64,000 bases of DNA from the IMG/VR virus record IMGVR_UViG_3300045988_066710; one strand, 5' to 3'. Below are positions 17,848 through 25,432 of the stretch, in pieces (the stretch's first letter is position 1; each line of letters starts with the position of its first letter). Position numbers and translations under genes: made by a program. Below the pieces are notes generated by a model, which did not search any database, was not told the origin of the DNA, and saw nothing but the letters and a program-made list of their open reading frames with translations. The stretch comes from a virus.

Positions 17848-20097
17848 TTACTGTTTACCTATATGTCTAGCATCAAAATTCTTAGTAAAGAATTCATCAT
17901 TACCTGCATAATCTTTACTTAGTATTTCTGAACTAGATTCTGTTCTTCCTGTACCATATCTAATAATATATTGCTCTCTATAGAGCATTAATATACCTAA
18001 AGCTCTAATTCTATCCACATTTATATCTGGATTAAATTGAATTGCCTCTTCAATTAAGGCTCTAGTCTTTAATGTATATAATTTAGGTACTTCCTGTATT
18101 TCTATATGTCCATCTTCCTGTTTAACTTCTATAGGTACTTTCATTAATAACCAATCCTTAATAAGTCTATTTGCAAAGTTATTAATATTAGCACTAACAT
18201 TAACACCTTTAGCATTAGAGCCAAAAGAAGAATATTTAACTAATTGTTTATCTCTTAAATATTCTGGAGTATCAGCTAATCTAAATGTATTTCTAGTCTT
18301 TTCCATATAAGAATATAAACCCTTCTTATTACTTTCATATAAAGCTTTAGCATTATAGAAAATACATAGTTTAAGTACCATATCATGTGCTTCATCAGCA
18401 AAGTTTGTTCTACCCGTATATTCAGCAACTAAATTATCTACAAATGTATCTAAAACAAAGATACTATATAAAGAATGAGATTCTGCTTGATCATTGTCAT
18501 ATGGGTCCACTCCTATAATATATCTATCATTAAATACTTTGCCTTCTCTATCTTTCTTAGGCATAGAATATATCTCTAAAGCACCTTTAGTATCATTATC
18601 TACTGGATAAGTTCTAATAGGAATATCATCTGTTGGTCTAAATTCTATTTCTCCTGTACCAGTAGTATATAGTTCTCCTACATATACATCATCATATAAA
18701 CTAGGATTCTTATCAAGAGTATCTGCTCTTTCCTGTAAAGAAGCTACAGGGAAATATGCATCTTTTACCTTAATAATAGCCTCTGCTGGTGTAATAGGGT
18801 CCTCTGCTATAACTCTAAGTACTGATGTAGGGTCTGCACCATATTTAGCCTTATATCTAGCCATTAATACTTGTAATAAAGCTTTAATTACATCAGATAT
18901 ACCATCTTTGTTATAACATCCTGCTCTATTAATATATGCAGGAAAGAAGAAACCAAAGACATCTTTACCACTACCTTTTTTATCATATACATTAGGTACA
19001 CTTTGTATATTATAAGATTCAGGTGCATATAATAATTTTTTAGCAGATAAAAAGGAAGATTCTTTATTGTTTGCGGTGCCCACGAGGTACATACAAGAGA
19101 AAGTATAATCACCATCTTCTACTGATTTTCTAGTTACATCATATAGTTCCAATAAGCCATCAAAAGTACCCATCTCTTCATATAATATCCAACCTCTCTT
19201 ACCTCTAAGTTTATCACTATCATCCTTAGCAGATACACCTAATACCTGATTCATAGAACCACCTATAGCACCATTAGGTTTCTTATAACCCATTTGCCAA
19301 GACATTTCATTAGGTGAATTCTTTAATAAAAGATTAGGAAAAGGAGTATTATCTATAACAAATGAAAGCTCTGGTATAAACTTATTTAGAGTACCATCCT
19401 TATCATCTTTAAGATACTCTTTTTGTGCAGCAGTAAGTACTGTAATACATCTTTTATGTGTAGCTTCTGATTCTCCTACAATAAGATTATGTGACATTAT
19501 TGTAGCTAAAAAATAGCTCTTGGCACAACCTCTTTTTGCTAATTCTATTGCATGATGTCCTTGCTCTCTAGCATTATAAAGATATATACTTCTCCACCAT
19601 ATACCTTCAAAGAAGAAACCAAAAGATTCCTTTCTTATAGCTTTCTTTTGTCCTTCTTTATAGAAGTTTACCATCATTGGGCAATAATTAAGAAACCAGT
19701 AAAGAAAACCAGTAACATACATACCATCAGATTGTCTTATAAGTCCTTCTCTACATCTTCTTAATTCTTCTCTCCAATACTTCCTATATTCACTGTTAGG
19801 ATTACTATTAGGTCTTAATTTGGTATAACAATCATTCTTTAAATAAAATAATGCTGCTTGTCTAAAATAATTTGCATCTTTATATATAGGAGGATTAGTT
19901 ATATCTACAATAGCCCTACCTTCTTTATCTCTAGGTAAATCTTCTATCTTAGGTCTATTAGGATTAATAAGATTTTTAATAAAAGGAACTATATTAACAA
20001 TCTCTGTAAACTGTTGAACTACTTCCTCTGGATATTGAGAAAGTAATTCTTCAGTTATAGGAGTTTGATATTCATTAGTTTCAATCAATATTGCCAT
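17848..20097 (-). CDS. terL: terminase large subunit
   Basis: 749 aa. Walker A-like KRGCAKS, Walker B-like WILYEEMG, and a nuclease-type IGVDPYDND motif. Confidence 0.85.
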   Translation of the reverse strand: MAILIETNEYQTPITEELLSQYPEEVVQQFTEIVNIVPFIKNLINPNRPKIEDLPRDKEGRAIVDITNPPIYKDANYFRQAALFYLKNDCYTKLRPNSNPNSEYRKYWREELRRCREGLIRQSDGMYVTGFLYWFLNYCPMMVNFYKEGQKKAIRKESFGFFFEGIWWRSIYLYNAREQGHHAIELAKRGCAKSYFLATIMSHNLIVGESEATHKRCITVLTAAQKEYLKDDKDGTLNKFIPELSFVIDNTPFPNLLLKNSPNEMSWQMGYKKPNGAIGGSMNQVLGVSAKDDSDKLRGKRGWILYEEMGTFDGLLELYDVTRKSVEDGDYTFSCMYLVGTANNKESSFLSAKKLLYAPESYNIQSVPNVYDKKGSGKDVFGFFFPAYINRAGCYNKDGISDVIKALLQVLMARYKAKYGADPTSVLRVIAEDPITPAEAIIKVKDAYFPVASLQERADTLDKNPSLYDDVYVGELYTTGTGEIEFRPTDDIPIRTYPVDNDTKGALEIYSMPKKDREGKVFNDRYIIGVDPYDNDQAESHSLYSIFVLDTFVDNLVAEYTGRTNFADEAHDMVLKLCIFYNAKALYESNKKGLYSYMEKTRNTFRLADTPEYLRDKQLVKYSSFGSNAKGVNVSANINNFANRLIKDWLLMKVPIEVKQEDGHIEIQEVPKLYTLKTRALIEEAIQFNPDINVDRIRALGILMLYREQYIIRYGTGRTESSSEILSKDYAGNDEFFTKNFDARHIGKQ

Positions 20098-20440
20098 ATA
20101 TTAATTTAGTAAAAGTGTCAGTTCTTATTAAATTAAACACATATAAAAGATATTCTTTACTTAAGTTTTCCCAATAAGCACCTTCAGAACCACTGGGACA
20201 TTTATCTGTGTTCATTATTGTAAATATCTCTTTATCCTGTACAGGAGTAACATAATAAAGCTTGATAATAAATTTCTTATAAATAGGAGGCTTCATAGTT
20301 TTGATATTTCTTTTAACTACAAAATGTCCTTTTATATCTAACTTTTCAAGCTTTCTTTTATCTTCTAAATACTTATTTAAAGCACTTGTTATATCTTCTA
20401 TTTGCATAATATATCTTGTTTTAATAATGATATAATACAT
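20081..20440 (-). CDS. hypothetical protein (119 aa)
   Basis: ORF overlapping the terL start. Confidence 0.45.
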   Translation of the reverse strand: MYYIIIKTRYIMQIEDITSALNKYLEDKRKLEKLDIKGHFVVKRNIKTMKPPIYKKFIIKLYYVTPVQDKEIFTIMNTDKCPSGSEGAYWENLSKEYLLYVFNLIRTDTFTKLIYGNID

Positions 20441-20772
20441 CTAGCTAACCATTCAACTAATGCTTCGTTCCCTGATTCTTCAAGCCATTGTCCTGTATCC
20501 AATATAACATGTACAATCTCATGAACTAATGTTAAATATAACTCTGAATCAGGTTGCTTAGCTTTTATTACTTCTCTACTTATTCTTACCTCTCTTATAT
20601 TACCTTTAGTAAGTCCATAATGAAGTAGATTATCATCTGCATCTAATGTATCTACTAGTTTAATAGTAAAAGTAGTACCAAATATATCAAACTGTTTATT
20701 ATTAAAATCTTCTATATTCATATTATTCATCTTCAAACATTGATTTTTCTTGTGAACCTCTAATAGATTCAT
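20398..20772 (-). CDS. small zinc-metallopeptidase-like protein (HExxH)
   Basis: Contains a LTLVHEIVHVILD motif. Confidence 0.45.
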   Translation of the reverse strand: MNLLEVHKKNQCLKMNNMNIEDFNNKQFDIFGTTFTIKLVDTLDADDNLLHYGLTKGNIREVRISREVIKAKQPDSELYLTLVHEIVHVILDTGQWLEESGNEALVEWLARCIISLLKQDILCK

Positions 20773-21265
20773 CTTGCATAATTTCTCTAGCTATAGTCTT
20801 TTCTGCTTCATCTAGATCCTTAACTAATGAAGGAACTTGTTTAATTGTAGCAGTAATAGTATTAAGAGTATATATAGGTTTACCTTTATCATCAACTTCT
20901 GTTAAATCTATATTTCTTAATAACTGTCTCAACTTATCTACTGCTGCTCTAGTATCTTCAAGTAATAATGCAGAAGTAGGCTTAAAAGAACTATAGTAAT
21001 CTATAGCATCCTGTAATATTTTATCTATCTTCCAATCATCAGGTAAACCTTCTCCTTCTACTATAGCTTTAAGTCTTTCATTCTCATCAGTTAAATATTG
21101 ATAATCAGACCTAGGGTCTGAATAAAAATATATAAAAGCCAACTCTTGAATAAATCTCGATTTATCTTTTGAATGGTCTCTAGTATGTAACTTCTTAAAT
21201 ACTTTAAGAGCTAATATTTCAGGTTCAAAAGTAAGATTATATCCTTCATATTTTAATAACTTCAT
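20723..21265 (-). CDS. hypothetical protein (180 aa)
   Basis: Its position upstream of terL is compatible with a small terminase, but no motif supports that. Confidence 0.45.
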   Translation of the reverse strand: MKLLKYEGYNLTFEPEILALKVFKKLHTRDHSKDKSRFIQELAFIYFYSDPRSDYQYLTDENERLKAIVEGEGLPDDWKIDKILQDAIDYYSSFKPTSALLLEDTRAAVDKLRQLLRNIDLTEVDDKGKPIYTLNTITATIKQVPSLVKDLDEAEKTIAREIMQDESIRGSQEKSMFEDE

Positions 21266-21312
21266 ATCTCTATAAAAAATTAAAGTCCTAGCTTTTGACT
21301 AGGACTATTTAA

Positions 21313-21738
21313 TTAGACAATAATACTTTTTTTGCCAGGAAGAATAAGAGTCTGTTTCTTAGGTTTTTCTACTTCAACATCATCCCACTCTTCAATAATA
21401 TAATCAATATCATTTGACTGTAAGAATAGTACTAGTTTATCTCCCATAGGAATGATAGGTAGAACATAATCAATAACTGCATTATCTTCAATAACACCAT
21501 CATTAAGTGAACCTTTTTTATGTTTCATCTTAGCATATTTAATAGGGTTGATATGTACTATCATACCTTCTTTAAATGGAGTATTAGGACCTGCTGCTAT
21601 TACAGTTTGTTCCATCATTGGTTCTCCTTTACTATGAGTAATAATACCATTCTCATATAAATCCTCTTCATAAAGATTTAAAGAAGTTACTACATGGTCA
21701 AATGTAGGTTTAATTTTTTTTGCTTTAATTATCTTCAT
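21313..21738 (-). CDS. possible GroES/Hsp10-like co-chaperonin
   Basis: IKPTFDHVVTS...QTVIAAGPNTPFKEGMIVHINPIKYA loosely parallels GroES (IRPLHDRV...VVAVGPG...GDKVLF.KY). Confidence 0.3.
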   Translation of the reverse strand: MKIIKAKKIKPTFDHVVTSLNLYEEDLYENGIITHSKGEPMMEQTVIAAGPNTPFKEGMIVHINPIKYAKMKHKKGSLNDGVIEDNAVIDYVLPIIPMGDKLVLFLQSNDIDYIIEEWDDVEVEKPKKQTLILPGKKSIIV

Positions 21739-22003
21739 TTCTACTCTTCAATTCTTTGATTATATTAAATTGTTTCTTTTTATTCTTATACCTATCATAA
21801 GTAACATAGAACTTACCTATAGAAGGTATATTAATATTAGGTCTAAGCCTATTGAACTCTTCCTCTGTAAGATTTTCTTTAAGAGGAAGAGAAGACATAT
21901 AGTCTCTTATAGTTATCCAATAAGCTTTATATACTTTATCTACGAATTCTTCACTTAAATTAAGTTCTTTTGCTACTTTTATAACTGAATCTTTATAATT
22001 CAT
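21725..22003 (-). CDS. HU/IHF-like DNA-binding protein
   Basis: 92 aa. The N-terminal helices MNYKDSVIKVAKELNLSEEFVDKVYKAYWITIRDYM and the later IGKFYV follow the HU/IHF layout. Confidence 0.45.
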   Translation of the reverse strand: MNYKDSVIKVAKELNLSEEFVDKVYKAYWITIRDYMSSLPLKENLTEEEFNRLRPNINIPSIGKFYVTYDRYKNKKKQFNIIKELKSRNEDN

Positions 22004-22388
22004 CTTTTATCTTTTCTTCATCAAATACAAGTAATAAAGTAAACACCTTACCTTCTTCATATTCTGGAATAAATCTTGAGTAGATTTTATTATCCTTTAT
22101 AAATTTTACTTTTCTCAATTTACCAAGTATTACTTGATAATATTGATTAGTAATGTGTAACTCTTTCATCATTTTATCTTTATTCTCTTTACTGAATAAG
22201 ACATCATTTAGTATTTTTTCATCAGATATTTTCTTACTAAGTTCATATCTGTTTTTAAGCATACAAGCAGCTACTTCTAACTCTCTATCTGACAAAGTAT
22301 GAAAAGGTCTTAAGAACTTTAACCATAGTGTGAAAAATCCCATTAAGTTCTTATAAGGAACTTTTAATGCACTATTTGGTCTATCCAT
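21993..22388 (-). CDS. possible HTH regulator (LuxR/sigma region-4-like)
   Basis: Weak match: LSDRELEVAACML ... ELHITNQYYQVILGKLRK. Confidence 0.3.
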   Translation of the reverse strand: MDRPNSALKVPYKNLMGFFTLWLKFLRPFHTLSDRELEVAACMLKNRYELSKKISDEKILNDVLFSKENKDKMMKELHITNQYYQVILGKLRKVKFIKDNKIYSRFIPEYEEGKVFTLLLVFDEEKIKDEL

Positions 22389-22389
22389 T

Positions 22390-22653
22390 TTATTCTGATT
22401 CTTTATCTTCTTTATTCTCCTGTACAGGAGTCATAAGTTCTATAATCTCTTTAGCACAAGTATCTCTAAATTCTGCATTAAAAGGATATGTTGATTCTAC
22501 TACCTTAAACAAGAATTCTAATCTCTTAATTGTATCTGCCATATAAAGCTCTTGACACTTCTGTTTAAGCTTCATATTCTCCTGTGCTAACTGGTTAGCA
22601 ACTTCATTTAACTGCTCATAAGTGAGCTTCTTTTTTTCTCTATTCTCTTCCAT
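22390..22653 (-). CDS. coiled-coil protein (87 aa)
   Basis: ORF with heptad-like sequence. Confidence 0.45.
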   Translation of the reverse strand: MEENREKKKLTYEQLNEVANQLAQENMKLKQKCQELYMADTIKRLEFLFKVVESTYPFNAEFRDTCAKEIIELMTPVQENKEDKESE

Positions 22654-22655
22654 AT

Positions 22656-22883
22656 TTATTTATCTTTAAATTCTTCTAAATAATGATAACCATATTTATT
22701 AAAAAACATTTTATCCCACTCTTCAATAGGAGCTTTTCCTATATTAGTAGAATTACAATCTTCACAATATTCTGAACCCTCTAATACTGCTACATATCCT
22801 ATTTTTAAAGATAGACATTTCTTGCAATAATATACAGGTTCCTTATTGTATTCTTCTTTATGTTCATTATTAAACTTCTCCAT
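22656..22883 (-). CDS. zinc-ribbon protein (75 aa)
   Basis: CxxC pairs: YYCKKCLS ... YCEDCNS. Confidence 0.5.
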   Translation of the reverse strand: MEKFNNEHKEEYNKEPVYYCKKCLSLKIGYVAVLEGSEYCEDCNSTNIGKAPIEEWDKMFFNKYGYHYLEEFKDK

Positions 22884-22889
22884 ATTAAT

Positions 22890-23072
22890 CTATTCATAAT
22901 AGAAACAATAGAACCTATTTATAGCATATACTATATTAACTATTTGGTCCTTAGTAATATCTTTCTTATTAATATTATCACGTAACTCTTTACTAGTTGT
23001 ACCTGAACAACTATTTATTGTTTTCAACATTCCTGCCATATTATTTTCTCCTTCCTCCTTTAGCAGCAGCAC
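22890..23072 (-). CDS. hypothetical protein (60 aa)
   Basis: Small ORF in the operon. Confidence 0.4.
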   Translation of the reverse strand: MLLLKEEGENNMAGMLKTINSCSGTTSKELRDNINKKDITKDQIVNIVYAINRFYCFYYE

Positions 23073-23229
23073 TCATTGCATTTGCTCTTTTAGTTAAGTT
23101 AGCTGCTTCTTTTCTTGCAGCAGTTGTTGCTCTCTTTAATCTAGCTTTATCAGACATAATTTCCTGATACCTAGCCATTGTTCTAGCATCATCTTCTGCC
23201 TGCCATTGTAAATCACTTTTTATTGCCAT
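23041..23229 (-). CDS. small basic Ala/Arg/Lys-rich protein (62 aa)
   Basis: ORF directly downstream of tRNA-Leu. Locally higher GC by eye. Confidence 0.45.
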   Translation of the reverse strand: MAIKSDLQWQAEDDARTMARYQEIMSDKARLKRATTAARKEAANLTKRANAMSAAAKGGRRK

Positions 23230-23251
23230 ACTCTTAATATTTTTATATTAG

Positions 23252-23335
23252 TACTCCTAACAAGATTTGAACTTGCATAGCCTAAAGGCTGAGGGATTTT
23301 AAGTCCCTTGTGTCTACCAATTCCACCATAGGAGC
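23252..23335 (-). tRNA. tRNA-Leu(TAA): tRNA-Leu (anticodon UAA), type II
   Basis: Hand fold: acceptor GCTCCTA/TAGGAGT, anticodon stem AGGGA/TCCCT with loop CTTAAAA, long variable arm CAGCCTTTAGGCTATG, T arm GCAAG-TTCAAAT-CTTGT. Confidence 0.85.
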
Positions 23336-23353
23336 ATTGTTTTATTTAACTGC

Positions 23354-23363
23354 TGCAAAGATA
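23354..23363 (-). promoter_or_regulatory. Bacteroidota-type -7 promoter box
   Basis: Reverse complement is TATCTTTGCA. It lies 19 nt upstream of the tRNA-Leu 5' end. Confidence 0.6.
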
Positions 23364-23423
23364 ATACAAATATTTATATTATGCAAGGAAATTACATACT
23401 TTAACACTTAATTAACAGTCATT

Positions 23424-23447
23424 AAAAAAGGAGGTATTGACCTCCTT
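23424..23447 (-). terminator. intrinsic terminator
   Basis: Stem AAGGAGGT(23428-23435)/ACCTCCTT(23440-23447). The minus strand is followed by TTTTTT. Confidence 0.55.
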
Positions 23448-23497
23448 AACCATAGTGCATGAGCCATATTGCTCATAACACTTTAAACATCAATTAA

Positions 23498-23608
23498 TTA
23501 CGCAGGACACATAGGAGAAATACCATGTTTATAGAATGGTTCCATAGCATCTGCATAAGCTTTAAAATAAGCTTTAATCATGCTTTTTACAAATGTAATA
23601 ACTTTCAT
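23498..23608 (-). CDS. small ORF (36 aa)
   Basis: Hand translation gives MKVITFVKSMIKAYFKAYADAMEPFYKHGISPMCPA*. It lies between tRNA-Thr and a terminator. Confidence 0.3.
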   Translation of the reverse strand: MKVITFVKSMIKAYFKAYADAMEPFYKHGISPMCPA

Positions 23609-23635
23609 AATAATACAAATTTAAAGTTTATATTG

Positions 23636-23707
23636 AGCTTCTCATAGGACTCAAACCTATAACCTTCACCTTACAAGGGTGACAATCTATCATTGATATA
23701 GAGAAGC
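23636..23707 (-). tRNA. tRNA-Thr(TGT): tRNA-Thr (anticodon UGU), atypical D arm
   Basis: Acceptor GCTTCTC/GAGAAGC, anticodon arm TCACC-CTTGTAA-GGTGA, T arm ATAGG-TTTGAGT-CCTAT. The D stem has only about 3 bp and the D loop lacks GG. Confidence 0.6.
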
Positions 23708-23959
23708 TTATTTCTTTTCATATTTTTCTGACCATGCTTTAGTAATACCTACAGATGTAAATATAGCTGCTACTGCTGTAATATATTGTGCCATACCACT
23801 TAAATCTGTATGTATTGTATGTTCATTAAATACTTCTACTAATAATACTATTATAGGTACTATAAGTAATAATATACCTACAATAGTTACAGATACTAGA
23901 AAGAAATTCTTAGAACTTACTCCTGTATTATTCTGTATAAGTTTTAATAAATAATTCAT
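23708..23959 (-). CDS. two-TM small membrane protein embedded in the tRNA array (holin-like topology)
   Basis: The ORF-track 120-aa ORF is trimmed to the internal Met (MNYLLKLIQ...), because its first about 37 codons overlap tRNA-Lys and tRNA-Ile. Transmembrane segments are LVSVTIVGILLLIVPIIVLLV and AQYITAVAAIFTSVGI. Confidence 0.45.
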   Translation of the reverse strand: MNYLLKLIQNNTGVSSKNFFLVSVTIVGILLLIVPIIVLLVEVFNEHTIHTDLSGMAQYITAVAAIFTSVGITKAWSEKYEKK

Positions 23960-23961
23960 AG

Positions 23962-24034
23962 TCTCTCCTATGGGACTTGAACCCATGACCCCAAAATTAA
24001 AAGTTTCGTACTCTACCAACTGAGCTAAAGAGAG
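23962..24034 (-). tRNA. tRNA-Lys(TTT): tRNA-Lys (anticodon UUU)
   Basis: Acceptor CTCTCTT/AGGAGAG, D arm GCTC-AGTTGGTA-GAGT, anticodon loop CTTTTAA, T arm ATGGG-TTCAAGT-CCCAT. Confidence 0.85.
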
Positions 24035-24040
24035 AAATAG

Positions 24041-24114
24041 TAGGAGCAGAGGGACTTGAACCCCCGACAATTTGGATATAAGCCAAATGCTCTAACCGAC
24101 TGAACTATACTCCT
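24041..24114 (-). tRNA. tRNA-Ile(TAT): tRNA-Ile (anticodon UAU)
   Basis: Acceptor AGGAGTA/TGCTCCT, D arm GTTC-AGTCGGTTA-GAGC, anticodon arm TTTGG-CTTATAT-CCAAA, T loop TTCAAGT. Confidence 0.85.
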
Positions 24115-24122
24115 ATTTATAG

Positions 24123-24194
24123 CTGGGATAGAGGATTACGATACCTCAACCTTTTGATTAACAGTCAAATGCTCTGCCTTTGAGCTATATCCCA
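24123..24194 (-). tRNA. tRNA-Asn(GTT): tRNA-Asn (anticodon GUU), atypical T loop
   Basis: Acceptor TGGGATA/TATCCCA, D arm GCTC-AAAGGCA-GAGC, anticodon arm TTTGA-CTGTTAA-TCAAA. The T arm GAGGT-ATCGTAA-TCCTC has a T-T closing mismatch. Confidence 0.6.
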
Positions 24195-24271
24195 ATAATA
24201 GCACTCTACTTTATTAAGGGAAAGTAGAGTTGAAAACCTTAGTTTAATATATTAAATCTAAAAGTTAATAG

Positions 24272-24343
24272 TTGTGGGTGTTGGATTCAAACCAACGACC
24301 ACTTGGTTATGAGCCAAGTAAGCTATCACTGCTACAACCCACG
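24272..24343 (-). tRNA. tRNA-Met(CAT): tRNA with CAU anticodon (Met, initiator-like or Ile2; C1-A72 mismatch)
   Basis: Acceptor CGTGGGT/ACCCACA with the first pair being C·A. Anticodon arm CTTGG-CTCATAA-CCAAG, T arm GTTGG-TTTGAAT-CCAAC. Confidence 0.75.
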
Positions 24344-24476
24344 ATGTAAGGGAGATAACTCTAGCCTCCCTTGTTACTAAGGATTCTACGACATCCACTA
24401 GGACTAAACTTACATAGATAAACTAAAACCTAGGAGTTACGTTGTATTCATATATGCATCTACAATACTTTTCATG

Positions 24477-24549
24477 TGGAGACAGAGAGACTCGAACTCT
24501 AAACACTTCCTTGCAAAGGAAGTATGTTACCAATTACACCACTATCCCC
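24477..24549 (-). tRNA. tRNA-Ala(TGC): tRNA-Ala (anticodon UGC)
   Basis: Acceptor GGGGATA/TGTCTCC gives a G3:U70 pair, with discriminator A. Anticodon arm CTTCC-TTTGCAA-GGAAG, T loop TTCGAGT. The D stem is weak (about 3 bp). Confidence 0.65.
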
Positions 24550-24692
24550 AAATTAAGCAGCTAGTCTTCACAGATTTACTGCTTATAGTTAATTTATTAT
24601 GGTAGATTTTAACTAAACTATCTTATCTTTACAGATTTGATAGTTTTATAATTTTAAATTTAAAATATATAAAGGCTTCTCTAACAACTTTG

Positions 24693-24765
24693 TGACTCTG
24701 ATAGGATTCAAACCTATGACTCACAGCTTAGAAGGCTGTTACTCTATTCACTGAGTTACAGAGCC
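24693..24765 (-). tRNA. tRNA-Arg(TCT): tRNA-Arg (anticodon UCU)
   Basis: Acceptor GGCTCTG/CAGAGTC, D arm ACTC-AGTGAATA-GAGT, anticodon arm ACAGC-CTTCTAA-GCTGT, T arm ATAGG-TTTGAAT-CCTAT. Confidence 0.85.
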
Positions 24766-24772
24766 ATCATAG

Positions 24773-24843
24773 TTGGAATACCCAGATTCGAACTGAAAAT
24801 TAGAGAACCAAAATCTCTCGTGTTACCATTACACTATACTCCA
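24773..24843 (-). tRNA. tRNA-Gln(TTG): tRNA-Gln (anticodon UUG)
   Basis: Acceptor TGGAGTA/TATTCCA (U1-A72), D arm GTGT-AATGGTA-ACAC, anticodon arm AGAGA-TTTTGGT-TCTCT, T loop TTCGAAT. Confidence 0.8.
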
Positions 24844-24947
24844 ATATTCTCCCAATAAAACCTGCAAGGGAGAATATCGCCATTTATTTATGCAGGTTAA
24901 TAATACTAAGGTCATCACTCTTAATATTATAATGTGTAATCAAAAGA

Positions 24948-25373
24948 TTACTTTATATGCTTTTCACTAAGATTATTTGCCCATTTCTCAGTGTAAAAGT
25001 CATAGTAATTCTTCTTTCTTAATGAAGGAAATATCCTTCTTAAACCACAATAAGTAATACTAGGAATACCTATTACAATTAAGTATAAAGGACCTAATAT
25101 CTTACTTTGAATTGTATGTCCTAATTCATGTTTAACAGTTTTCCTATATTCTGAATTAAGTCCTACAAATACATAACAACCTAAAGTAACTGCTCCTCTC
25201 ATAACACAAGGAATTACTATAGCTTGTTTATATCTGGAATCTACACCTAAATCTTTACACATCATTACTAAATATCCTATATATAGTATAGCTAATAAGT
25301 GTTGAGGTAATTGCCATATAAACAATATCAGATTCCTTATATAATTCATAATTAACTTCATCATTTCAAACAT
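24948..25373 (-). CDS. polytopic membrane protein with HExxH motif (putative membrane zinc peptidase, DUF3267-like)
   Basis: Three to four hydrophobic helices plus VKHELGHTIQS. It is the first gene after the promoter box at 25389 and heads the transcription unit that contains the tRNA array. Confidence 0.45.
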   Translation of the reverse strand: MFEMMKLIMNYIRNLILFIWQLPQHLLAILYIGYLVMMCKDLGVDSRYKQAIVIPCVMRGAVTLGCYVFVGLNSEYRKTVKHELGHTIQSKILGPLYLIVIGIPSITYCGLRRIFPSLRKKNYYDFYTEKWANNLSEKHIK

Positions 25374-25388
25374 CTATTGTTTTACGGA

Positions 25389-25398
25389 TGCAAAGATA
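25389..25398 (-). promoter_or_regulatory. Bacteroidota-type -7 promoter box
   Basis: Reverse complement is TATCTTTGCA. It lies 16 nt upstream of the ATG at 25373. Confidence 0.6.
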
Positions 25399-25432
25399 AT
25401 ATAAATATTTTAAACTACCAAATTTATTAAGA

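Noticed and set aside
10417-19764. Other nested or antisense ORFs in the late arm: 10417..10635, 11349..11540, 13604..13810, 15770..15961, 16683..16874, 18888..19115 and 19552..19764.
   Set aside because: The reasoning is the same. Each lies wholly inside a long co-linear gene (portal, terminase or fibre) and has shadow-frame composition.
21285-21310. The AGTCCTAG...CTAGGACT hairpin as a third member of the 29564/31429 hairpin family.
   Set aside because: It shares only AGTCCTA. It is short (8 bp) and is followed by a T-run on the minus strand right after a gene end, so it is more simply an ordinary terminator.
23960-24070. The N-terminal 37 codons of the ORF-track 120-aa ORF 23708..24070.
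   Set aside because: This stretch overlaps tRNA-Lys and tRNA-Ile on the same strand. The GC-rich codons are tRNA sequence, so the CDS was trimmed to the Met at 23959.
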